Part shown: in pieces, positions 52,170 through 64,000 of the stretch
Layout: each line of letters starts with the position of its first letter
Position numbering within the stretch: position 1 is the first letter of the stretch
Source: Octopus bimaculoides
Taxonomy: Eukaryota
Assembly (NCBI RefSeq): GCF_001194135.2
Contig: NC_068992.1
Coordinates: forward strand, 67,632,603-67,696,602
Reading direction: 5' to 3'
Length of the DNA: 64,000 nt
Position numbers and translations under genes: made by a program
Notes under the pieces: model-generated
The model's input: only the letters and a program-made list of their open reading frames with translations
What the model was told of the DNA's origin: nothing
Databases searched by the model: none

Positions 52170-54309
52170 TCCTGAGCCTTCAGTGATTGTTGAGATTCGT
52201 ATGTTTAGTGATCACCTTGAAAGAAAATCTACCCAACTACAGATCTAGAAAGTAATTTTGGGGGGTAATTGATTTAGAAGATGATCTCAGGGACGGCATG
52301 GTGTTTTAGATGTAATTGATTATAGGGATTAGCAGAAATATAATTGATATAAAATAGGATTTGAGCGTGAGAGTAGACGAAACTGAGACGAACAAACACA
52401 TCTGTAAAATAAAATGTGACGAAAAAATATAGCTCCGTGTACTGTGTGTACAATTTTATAGGGATTTCCTATTTCCTATTTGTTTGCCTAATTTGTAGGC
52501 AGCCCCTAAAATCATTTGTTTTCTTTACATTGTTTATCCTTGTAACTAATATATTTTTCCATCACGTATATGATTACAAATTTTAATCAATCATAAAGTA
52601 TCTCCTAAATTTATAGGGATACTAGTTTTCTCTTCCGAAATGGATTTATGTATATACTACTATACTAATTTAAAAGAGGCAATATAATTTGTGGCGAAAG
52701 TATTATAACGGGACGCATGTTGTCCTGAGTTGATGGCCAGTAAATAAGTGTAGGTTAGCTGTAATTTCCAGGGACTAAGATATTCCAGAATATAGTCATT
52801 TTGACATTCTCTGAGATATTTTTGATGCACGTCGATACCTTCATTTTTTTCTTGATGGGTATAATTCTCAGCATATGGAAGATCCAATTCGGAGATGCCC
52901 TCAGATTCTCTGTCTTAAAACTAAGTAACCACAGCGATTTAATTGATTACTTCCCTTTCACCTTCATATGTTCCACAGTTGTATAATCCATTGTTTTCCA
53001 GTGTATGGTTTTAGTGGGTTTTTGTATTGAAGTTTTTAAACTTTATCGTAAACATCAGAAATCATTAATATGACTCAATGTACACTCAGGCTTGACAAAA
53101 TTCTTTGTTGCGGAAAACGCTTGAGAGGAAGAAATCTACCTATAGAAAATGCGTAAGGAATTATACCAGGCTCAGCTGTTAACCAGCTTCATAAAGATTA
53201 GTGCACGAAAGCAAATTCGTTTTTTTATAGTTTCTTTCTAAGAACGGCAGTTCTTAGTGGGATGGGTGTCTATGAATGATGCTAACCACATAGAACATGT
53301 GCCTCGTGTACTCCGCTTTCACATTCAGTGGGATTTTAGAAGCAGAGTTTATAAGAAGCTTATAAACTCCAAGTCAGCTGTCGCAACCAGGGCTTTATCA
53401 TATTTCAGTGCGCACGAAGCAGGGTTCACAATAAATGCATAGGGTTTTATCTAACCATGGCTATATGGTTCGTCTTTAATTAAGAAATAATGGTGTGTTG
53501 CGTTGTGATTTTTTTTCCTATTCCCATTTCGTTTAGTTTGTTCGGTGCAACACTCGTGGCGGACATTTTGACATCTTTTTAGCATGACAACTTGTAGCCT
53601 CATTATTAAAAGAGTTTATAAAGTTTTCACAATAACTGTAGTTATTTCTCTTCAGGATAATCTGTTTTCTCATTTGTTAGCTGTTGTAGAGAAAGTAGTC
53701 ACTTTTGTTTTTTTCTTATTTCGAGCCTTGTAACAAGCTGTTATAGTTATCGGTTAGTTCTCTGCTTGTCATATTTGTAGTTCTACTGTGGATAATTCAT
53801 AATAGATATTTTGTTGCATAATAGTTATAACAATAGCGTCGATGCAATTATCTCTTTTTCAGGTAAATAAACTTCTATGTCTGATTTTGTTTGATGTATT
53901 CTGAATGTAATTATTTTACCTGTCTGATCTCATTAAATCATTGAGCGTTCAACTGAGAGTTCTATAAATTATTGTTTGGACACCTAGAGTATCGATGCAT
54001 ATTACCTCTTTTTCTATTCATTTTGTTTTACGTTTTAACCGAATACGTTTACAGTGCTTTAAATCAATGCCTGACCGCATTCTGTAATGATTTTATCTTG
54101 CAATACATTAATGTTTATGATGAAGTTTTCCTTTTGAGTTTGATTTGTTGTATTTTCCTTAAATAAATATCGAAACAATTGCTCTGGTTACACTGAATAT
54201 TAACTTCAGCACTGTTTCTAGTGATTACACAATTTCAACATAGAAGCTGAAACGGTCTGGCCCCTTAGATTTTGCTCCTCAATGATAACTCAGGGACAGA
54301 TAAAGTTTC

Positions 54310-54492
54310 ACAGACACATACGCGCACACACACTCACTCAATCACACACATATAGACACACACGCGCACACACACGCGCACACACACACACACGCGCACA
54401 CACGCGCACACACACGCGCGCGCGCTCACGCACACACACACACACACACACGCACGCGCACGCACACGCACACGCACGCACACACACGCAAA
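54310..54492. repeat. (CA)/(CG) alternating microsatellite
   Basis: Directly visible. Confidence 0.9.
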
Positions 54493-54559
54493 CGTATGCA
54501 CATTACAGGCGTATGTTAAAAATAAACACTGAAATTAATTATTAAGATTGGTTTGGAGC

Positions 54560-54890
54560 ACATTAATGCACCAGATTTGTTCGTCATGATTGCAATGCAG
54601 GCCCATTTTCCAGTGCCACTATCTAATCTGATGTCTAAGAAATTAACCTTCGTATCTGCAATGATCTTTAAAATCGAAATCTCCGAATATGCTGTTTGAA
54701 CTTCAACCAAACATCACTCATTGCATGACCAGTCATGCTTCGGGAAATCAATAGCTTTTCTTTCAAGATAACATTGAAAAAAAATCTATATTTGTCATTC
54801 TGAAACTCCTTTGAGAAAATGTTGACTAATCTTGCTCTGATGTCTTCGCCAATACTGTCGCTTCTATAATACCGTACCACTTCTTTATTT
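54560..54890 (-). mobile_element. Penelope-like RT remnant
   Basis: YYRSDS (degenerate LYRDDG), IRARLVNIF and KVNFLDIRLDSGTGKW resemble the PLE motif VNFLDVTLDL.TG.Y. Confidence 0.55.
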
Positions 54891-54953
54891 CAACAATTTG
54901 AACAGAAGGAAACAAAACCAGCATTAACATTCCTAATGTTTCCGTTTCTAATA

Positions 54954-54985
<32 letters not shown>

Positions 54986-55589
54986 ATGTGTGTGTGTATG
55001 TATGTGTGTGTGTGCACGCGTACGTATGTGTTTATACACAGACTACTACGTGCAAACTTATACATACGATTGCATGCATACACACGTTTCTGTCTGCCAC
55101 TCATCTCCCTCTCTCATTCTATGCATCTGTGTGCATGTGTGTAACATAACATAATATATTCTACAATACGCACACACGCACACACACACATGTATGTTTA
55201 ATTTTGCTGATATCACTCATTTACATAAGCGTATTCACATAAGACGATGTATTTGATATGATCGGATGACACTCTGGTTCTTCGCATACAAACAAAGACA
55301 CTGATGGGAATATCTTTATATATATNNNNNNNNNNNNNNNNNNNNNNNNNNNNNNNNNNNNNNNNNNNNNNNNNNNNNNNNNNNNNNNNNNNNNNNNNNN
55401 NNNNNNNNNNNNNNNNNNNNNNNNNNNNNNNNNNNNNNNNNNNNNTATATATATAAAGTTTTTGTAGGAAGGCTTGCTTAGCAAATGGGAAAATTCATGG
55501 ATCTCTTCAGTTTATATTTTGACAACCAAATTCCCATTAACAGATTTCCTTCAGATCAACTAAATTACACTTTTCGATATATTTATGAA

Positions 55590-56310
55590 ACGATGTCGTC
55601 TAAAATACTACAATATTCTGAAATCCTCTGTGAGTATAAAATCTGTTATTTATAATGTATTCTCACATATCTCGCTTTCGAACTCAGATGGACGAAAACG
55701 ATCCTGCAGGGTTTCCGAGATAATTTTATGCAGAGTGATGCATGGGATAACGATCGAAAGAATAAGGAGACCAGAAATTGGGGCTGGTGAAATCGCAGGC
55801 ATTTTCAAACAACGAGTCTTTGGAGGCATGGCATGGAGTTGAATCCTATTTTCATCCTTATGCCCGCACAGTAGCAATATATTTACCACGGTGTTCAGGA
55901 GCTTTACATAGCTGACTGAATTGAGCATAAATCCCTGCTCAGAGATGTGGGGAGGAATGACATTATCCTCACTGGAAACGATTTCAAAGTTGACGGTTTG
56001 AGGTTATTCGGTTTCCATGATACGTGGGACATTACATGGATTGTAGGGAAGCCGCGTTTTGTTTTGGGTTCTGTGAAACTAGCCCTGGCAGATGTTTTCA
56101 CCTGCGAAGAACCGGATTATCCCCACCTCACAAGATGTCTGTTTAATCAAGAGTTTCTTTGCCTTTCTTGAGTGGTTTCCTTGGTCTTGACTGTTAGGAT
56201 TTCTCCCTTGCACTGCTTGTACGAGTGGTAGGTATGTTCCTCATTTAGGCCAGGCTCATGATGGCGACTCCAACACCCATTATTTTCGCCAAAGCCCGGA
56301 TATATATATA
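55590..56310 (-). mobile_element. maT/DD37D-like transposase remnant
   Basis: KAKKLLIK...NVPRIMET...VSSEDNVIPPHISEQGFMLNSVSYVKLLNTVV; same family as 44200-44768. Confidence 0.8.
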
Positions 56311-59300
56311 TTTGTATTCGTGTTATGATAGAAAGACAAAACCAGATAGACGTTTTTGTACGCGAAGATAACGTGTCATGTTACATTTCTGTGAAATAAA
56401 AAGAATTTTTACAATAACCATAATTCCGATAGAACATATCACCGTTGATGGTATATTCCATGTCCTTTTCTGTCTATATTTATCCAGCCGTGTGAAATAT
56501 TTTCAAATCTATACGGCCTCGTATTTGCAAGAGGAAATAAGCAAATATTTGCATTAAAATATTTCTTTATTAATTACAGAATTAAAACTACATTACTGAA
56601 TTTCTTGTGAGTAATCTTATAGAATATGATGTCTGTGACTATATAATTAAAAGAAATTATGATACACATTAATCCTAACTTTCAGATATATTTGAATATA
56701 TAATCAATACGTATACTGATATTCTACATTTCATTTCACCGCGAATCAAATTTCTTGTAATTTAATTAAAATAACGATGTAAGGACGTATAAGTATTAGA
56801 TGGACTCAACAGTAACAATAAACGTTTTGTGCCAAACAGCAAGTGCTTAATTCGGTTTTATTTTCCTTTTAGGATGCATCAGGAATAATACACATAATTA
56901 CCAACAGTAACTTTGACGATTCGGCCAGCGCATTCTCTAATCGTACGCTTTTCAAAAACCTGTGAGTATTCAGTTTCTCATTATTTGCTGTGCAAAGGGC
57001 TTGGTCTGAGTTCGTATGTTGATAACTGGAATACATTTGCAACTAAAACAATAGGGAGCAGTGTGAATGAATACGTTTTTATATTGAAGAGATGTGAATA
57101 GAATATATTTTTACTTTCTCTGGACTGCAACTGGACCAAAAAAATATTTACAATGGTTGACTGAGAGTAGCCAAAGGATACTATTTAACTCATTAATTTC
57201 TTTGGCTGTTGAAAGATATGGAAGCAAGCAAATACCAGAAAATATCAGGAGATTGAATTTTGTGCCACAATGCACAGAAACACACACATTTACACAAACA
57301 CACACATACACACATATAGATAGATTTAGGCATAGATAGACGTGCATGTGTTTGTATACATATAAAAATAGACTTATGCATATAGACATCTACGTAGATA
57401 CATATGTGCGTGAAGGTGTGTCTATTTGTAAATGTTGTGTACAATAACGGAGAAAATTTAAATACAGCTTAAAATGTATCGCACATGAAGGGAATACATT
57501 ATTTTCCTGACAAAACGGTTAGACAGAGAGTTTTCTAAATGTTTCGGATTTCTGTTATTGAATGAAATCCCGGTTGAAGACCAAGTGAAAATAACTTAGG
57601 ACAATCGAGTTTTTCGTAAATTCACTTCAGAATGAAATCTGAAATATTGGAAGCAAATTTACAAAGTATTGATATACAATCATGTATACTGAATGCCACA
57701 GAGTTAGTGTCAAAAATCAAAATAATTGGTTAGTTTATTGTGCCAATGAATATCAAATTTAATTGTTTGAATGTAACCCGTATAATGTATTTTAATACCA
57801 AAGATGGACAAAATCATTTCTCATCGGAAACACATACTATATCACTATATCAATTCTATAAAAAGAAAATCGAACGAGTAGAACTCTTCTCAACACTCAT
57901 TTTCCGTTGCAAAAGATGATGTGGCATAATAATCTATAAAATACAGTGATTTTCATCGTTGTAAACATGTTTAATTTATATAATAGCAATAGAGAAAACT
58001 CTACTGACGTCAATAATACTGGGAAACATTTTGGATAAACGCTTTTTGTTGTCTTGTTATTTTCTTTTTTTTTATTTTTTACCATTAGTCCTACCAAATT
58101 TGCTGGTGATGGGTTCAGATATAAACTCAAACATTTTCCGTCAAGTTAAGTTTGTTTGATAAATTGGAATTCTGGAAACACCCAAGTTTATGGCATTCAA
58201 AAACTGGGGCTGTTACATATGGTCCTGCGGACCATCTTACGAGAGAGAGAGGGTCTGTATAGGCTCTGAGAGCAATGAAATGGTCCTCGCATAAAAATGT
58301 AAACTCTGGCATTTATATTTTTAATGGCCTTAGAAAATCACGAAAACGAATAATAATCCTTTTTAAACATGCATATGAAAGATCCAAACAAACAGTGAAA
58401 TAACACTATAAATTCACTTTCATATCACCTTACCACGGCAATTCTTTCCAGAACATTTATAAGCATAATGGAAACAACTAAAAGAACTTGAAAAATGTCT
58501 AAACACAGTAAGCAAAAATCAAATTAAATGTATAGTAAACTAATTTAAGTAAAACAATATTAATCTGGGAAAAGAAAACGAAAGTATTAGTGGAAAAAAG
58601 CATTCAAGAAATGCAGAAATGGAAAGAACTGTGGATTAAATTTGGAAATGGAAAGAGAAAAGGTTTTAAACGAAATTCGAAATATCGGAAGTTCCAAAAG
58701 ATCATAAGCTACCTGTACTTGGAATGGCCCCCGAAAATTATATTTGCTATAATCCAAACATAGATTTATAAATGCTATAATATTCATGCGAAATTTAGGA
58801 TGGTGGACAGAGATTCTTAAAAAGAGAAAGTAAAGTGAGTTTTAAAGATAGGTTAGAAAGTATAAAGTGAAGTCTCCCGCAGTGAATGGCTGCTGAAAAC
58901 ATTGAGGCGTGGGATTTCAGCGACTACGATTTATATATTTGCACTTATACTGGAATTGTACATTCTTGTATTCTTCCCTCCAGTTTAAAATTTACTAAAA
59001 TTACTACTCAATTTGGATGACACCACACCATACCTTCTCTCTACCCATCCCTTAATTCAGCTCTATCATATCACCCCTACTCACACATTATTCACTCCTT
59101 ACTTTCTCATCTCTTCCTATCCCTCTCCCACTTATCTGCCATCCTCCCCTTACATTATCTTGACCACCAATTAAGCACACCTTTTCTCACTTCTTTCACC
59201 CTTCACTTTTTTCTCTTTCTTCTTCTCATTTTCTCTTCTTGCTTTATATATTTAGATAGATTTATAGATAGATAGATATATATAGAGAGAGAGACAAACA

Positions 59301-61189
59301 GACAGGCAGATTCTTTGGATCTTCATCGATTGATTATGTTACTAGCTAAGTCGTGTGGGCTATTGGAAATATAAATACAGAATGCAAAGAACCAGAATAA
59401 GTACCACAAAACACCAGGTCTGACTTTTAAGCCGTTTCATGATATACTGTCAATCGATCACCTGGGATTAATGATACGTTATGCAGTTCGTGATGAGATG
59501 GCTTTTTTGAACTTGGGGATTTGGAAGGAATACAGTGAGGCATTTTATCTGACGCTGTGAAGATTTTACCAATTCGTTGAAAATATTCAGATATATTATG
59601 TGTATAAACTTATATGGGTGTGTGTCTGTGTGTATAGGGGTGCCTGTGTGTGTGTGAGTGAGTGTGTGTGTGTACATAGGGGATTTGTTAATGGGGAAAC
59701 AATGGCCTTAACATTTCGGTGTGTAGTCATTCGCCAAAGGAAAAGACACGGACAGCGCATTAAAAGAACTGTGTGAGAAAGATACTCGAGGAAAATAAAG
59801 GTTAGAAACCGGTGGTATTCTGTGATATGGGAAAGAGAGCAGAAACGAAGCAGGGTTTGGTGGTGGCGGTGTAGATGTATATGTGTGTGTGTGTGTGTGT
59901 GTGTGCGTGTGTGCGTGTATTACAATATCTGTGTCTGAAGACGGGATGAGCAGAATGGCGTAAGCTTATGTGTTATTGTGGCATACGGGCATCGATTTTC
60001 AAGTATAGAAATAGGTTGAAGAGTATTTATTTGTGTGTGGGTATGTGTGTGTTTGCGTGTAATTGTTGCGTGGAATAGTAAGAGCAATTTCATATATATA
60101 TATATATATGTATATATATATGAATATAACCCTTTGGTGTGTATCACTGCTTGTGCAAGTGCGTGAGAACAGCTACGGAGTCAGAACAATTGTTCTGTAG
60201 GTCACAGCTGTCGTGTATAAATGTTTCAGTCTATGATATTTAAGAGAGTATTCATGAAGCCAGAGTTGATGACATTTGCGTCAGTAGAACTAAACCACTG
60301 TTTTCTCTAGATGCCTGATATCTATATTCGTCGACATATGCAAATATTTCCTAAACCAGAAATATATTAATCGGAAAAACGGAGAGTTTGAAGTATAATT
60401 GATACAAAGTATGAGAATCATTTTTCTAGATTCGAAGGCTGATATCAGAATTAAATTCTATCTGACAAGATATATCACATTTTGTCGAGGGTTGGCAGAT
60501 TTCCTTGCAACGATCAATTATGTGTAAGTAAAATGTGTAGAATAGAACTTATATATNNNNNNNNNNNNNNNNNNNNNNNNNNNNNNNNNNNNNNNNNNNN
60601 NNNNNNNNNNNNNNNNNNNNNNNNNNNNNNNNNNNNNNNNNNNNNNNNNNNNNNNNTATATATGTATGTATATGTATATATATATATATGTATGTATATG
60701 TATAAAATACTATTATCATTAAGCATATGTAATACATTATTATTATGTATAGAATTGTATAAATCGAGGCTATTTAAAATAATACACAAAAACCGTTAGA
60801 TTTACTTCAACATTTAAATTTGACTTGTCAAAATACGTTCATCGCTTTGTGACCGCAACCTGTTCACTGACAAAATTCTGTGCTGCATTTGAGAAAGTAA
60901 CAGTTAGTTCATGATATACAAGTACACACAATCATTTAGACACTTACACACACACATATATACGTATAATCTTAAATTATGCAAACATATACGTTTATCC
61001 CTCACTACAAGCGTATACGCTAGTTTATCCCCACGTTTATAAACGATATCTAAATGTCATGAACATTGTAATTTTCATTTAGGACTCCGCCAATTGTTTT
61101 GCGTACGCACACATAATTACATGCGCACGCGTATACACACAGACAAATAAGCGCACAAACAAGTACACACACATTTATTTTTGATCGTA

Positions 61190-61350
61190 TACCCGTTTCA
61201 GCCGTAAGATTGTAGCCATAGTGGGGTTATTTGAATGAATCGACCTCAGGATTTATTTTTAAAGCCTGGCACTTCTTTTGTCAATCTCTTTTGTCGATGT
61301 GCTAGGTCACAGGGAAGTAACCCAACCAATGCAGATTGTCCAGCGGGATG
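61190..61350 (-). mobile_element. Degraded family A SINE, 3' half
   Basis: gtttcagccg...tgtagccat...aagcctggcacttctttt...ctcttttgtcga...ggtcacaggg resembles the reverse complement of 2230-2380. Confidence 0.6.
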
Positions 61351-64000
61351 CACACACAAACACACACACACACACAGACACACAGACACACACACACGCA
61401 CACACACACATATTACGGTAACCCTGTTGTGTGCTAATCATTTCAACAGCAAGATCTAAGGTATGAATTTCAGTAATAGAGATATGAGATTATTTGTATT
61501 TAGAATACCAGAGATAAATTAGGCGTTAATGAATTTGGAATTTACAGAGATGATAATTCTTTTCAGTTTGTGTGTGTGCGCGTGCGTGCATGTGTATGTG
61601 TATGTACCGCATTCTATTTAATTACATTTTAAATCCAATGCTATTTGTATTGTATTTAGGCACCCACAGAATATTTATAAACAGCTACATTCTCATAGTT
61701 ACAACTAGAATTATACACAAATTCACTTTAAAATGAAACATTATTAGTTGTCGAGATAAAAATACCAACCCAGTCCCTATAAGGCAGTATGGTTTTAGAA
61801 TGAAGTTTGCAAAATCTATGCTGGTGCATCCTATAGTGAGTTCAATAATTTCATTATACTAATGCATTATTGAATTGTTTTAAAAATAGCATATATCCTG
61901 TTTTCTAATTCAATTAACAAAACAGACGTTCAGTAAACATGCTTTTAACTTAATCAAGATAATGAAAAAATGTAGAATAAACCGTATACCAAGGCAAAAT
62001 CATTGGTGACAAAAATACTATCCTTTGCATTTAACGTTTAGAACGGTTTATGTCCGAAAACTATAGTGTTTTTACAGCTCACCTGTATTCCACTGTCACA
62101 ATGTCTCAGTTGTAGTATATGTAAGTGCAAATAAAATAATCGAAGATTCATCAACTCTACTGTACGAAATTTCTCAGCATATTTATTATTAAAAAATATT
62201 GAAATGTGATTGATGTGATCAAAACGAAACTTGGAGACTATCCAACAACATGAATGAATAATATATATATATATATATATTAATTAAATAGTTTGTTACT
62301 ATACATATCCATTATATATCTAGCATGTCAAAATCTGATTATGTTTTGAAGTGTAGTTCTGATGGGGGCATCGTTTTCACAAATTTAATCGATCATAGCA
62401 AACCTCCTTCAGTTTCAAGTAGTTATTCCATACAAACTCACAGATTAACGGCAAATCAATTATCAGGCGCGGATAACTAACTGAGAATGATTTAAAGATC
62501 ACAGGATAGGGTCGTTCTCTGTTCTACTTCCATAGATATGTACTGAAAGGCAGACGCAAATACACAAGCATGCACGTACACACATAAATGCAAGTATTTA
62601 CTTATGAATTATATAGGAAAATATTATGCTCTGAATAATACTAAACGTATACAGCCATATCAATTTCATAAAGCTATAATGCTTTCAGCAATGTTAACTT
62701 GAAGACAGTCGTTTCTTTTATGAGCGTCATTCTAAAAGCTTTTTCCTAAGTACTCAGGACCGTCTGCTGAACGTTTCCAAATTGTTATTCTTCGCTACTC
62801 TTGCTTTACTTTCTAAAGTCTGCAATGTCCCTGATTTCAGTAGGTGTCGAAACAACAACAGGAGGGCATCTAGAATATTAAAATCTAGCCAACATACTTG
62901 GAACTAAATTCAAAATTTAGAAAGCATGCTTGAAGAGAAATTCAGACGCTATCCTGTTACAAATATACTCCGGTGGAATGTTTTCAATTGGGGACATGGA
63001 GAATTTTGTTCTTTTTTCTAAACATGTAACGAATTTAATTAACATTGTACACATATATCAGTCTGCCAGTCCGTTTCTCTCCCCACCTCCCTCTCTTTCT
63101 CTGTCTTTCTCACACACACACACACACATATATACATATATATAAACAATACACAAACACACACATTCACGCACGTACAAACAATGCACGAATGTGTGTG
63201 TGTGTGTGTATAATAGACTACATATGCTGCGTAATCTCACAATTACGATAATGAAAATAAACATAGTACCATCTATGAGATATTTAAACATAAATAAAAA
63301 AGTAAAATCTAATAGGGCCATCTTTTTTTTTCTACTTACGGATAAGATATGCTTTTTGATGTTTTGTTTTGGTAATAAAAGAAATTTTATAATGAAATAG
63401 ATGCGAAACAGATAATGTCTTGCTATTTCCTATCACCATCAACTATCACGAATCTGTTCCTATACAAGCAGCGACTTAGAAACACATAACACACAAACGC
63501 ACACACATTGCTACAACTCAATACAGTGTGTTCTGAGAATTGTGTTTACGGTGCTATTATACAACTTTAAATCGTTGATACCATACAAAAGATAAACTAC
63601 GCTATTTTAGTGGACATCATACAGATCTCGATGTCGGCAAGAATCCAATTGGCGCGAGTTGATGCAGAAAATACGGTGCGTAAAACACAATATAAATTTT
63701 ACGTGATATTCATTTCTCAACACACTTAGAAAGACAAAATATTTATGTATATATCACCTGGATAATATATCTGACAATTGCGAGACAGTAAATTTTATAA
63801 ATTCTTAGCCTTTCACACACCACCTGCTTTCTTGTGATCCTTTTGAAATTACATTGCAATATTATACGCGCCTGTGTCTACGAGTGTGTACATACATATA
63901 TAATGTTACTCTTCAAAACGAAAAAGAGCTATAAATTATAGGCTGCATTGTATTGGATTAGTCTCCTTGGATAGAAAATCCTGCACCACACAAACTCCAA

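Noticed and set aside
53345-53369. Perfect 11-bp hairpin GAGTTTATAAG-AAG-CTTATAAACTC
   Set aside because: Isolated and AT-rich, with no supporting context
53620-53670. CUGAAGA..AAUAAC/GUUAUU..GAAA on the minus strand
   Set aside because: No stem I or stem III; likely a chance match in AT-rich DNA
1-64000. CRISPR arrays, rRNA or bona fide tRNA genes
   Set aside because: None seen; the tRNA-like A/B boxes belong to SINE heads

Overview
AT-rich, repeat-dense eukaryotic genomic DNA with eight N-gaps. The SINE families look like those of octopus, so a cephalopod origin is inferred, not proven. No protein-coding host gene can be supported: the long ORFs in the track are microsatellite, gap or transposon artefacts. 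The window is a mosaic of tRNA-headed SINEs, at least seven fragments of R4/Dong-like LINEs (restriction-like endonuclease type), RTE-like LINE remnants (one ending in three degenerate C2H2 fingers), mariner and maT-like transposase remnants, Penelope-like (PLE) RT and GIY-YIG remnants, and many microsatellites. Three signals stand out. (i) A nearly canonical type I hammerhead ribozyme with a palindromic stem III lies at 26670-26734 (-). It is downstream of a PLE GIY-YIG remnant and of a 3x ~452-bp tandem array that has an inverted arm. (ii) A second, minimal hammerhead lies at 18945-18990 (-), inside an ~890-bp composite (hammerhead repeat, R4/Dong 3' fragment, inverted truncated hammerhead repeat) bracketed by a perfect 15-bp direct repeat. 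(iii) Two near-identical R4/Dong copies 26.5 kb apart share the same inactivating lesions. Boundaries of decayed elements are approximate, and all alignments and folds were done by eye.
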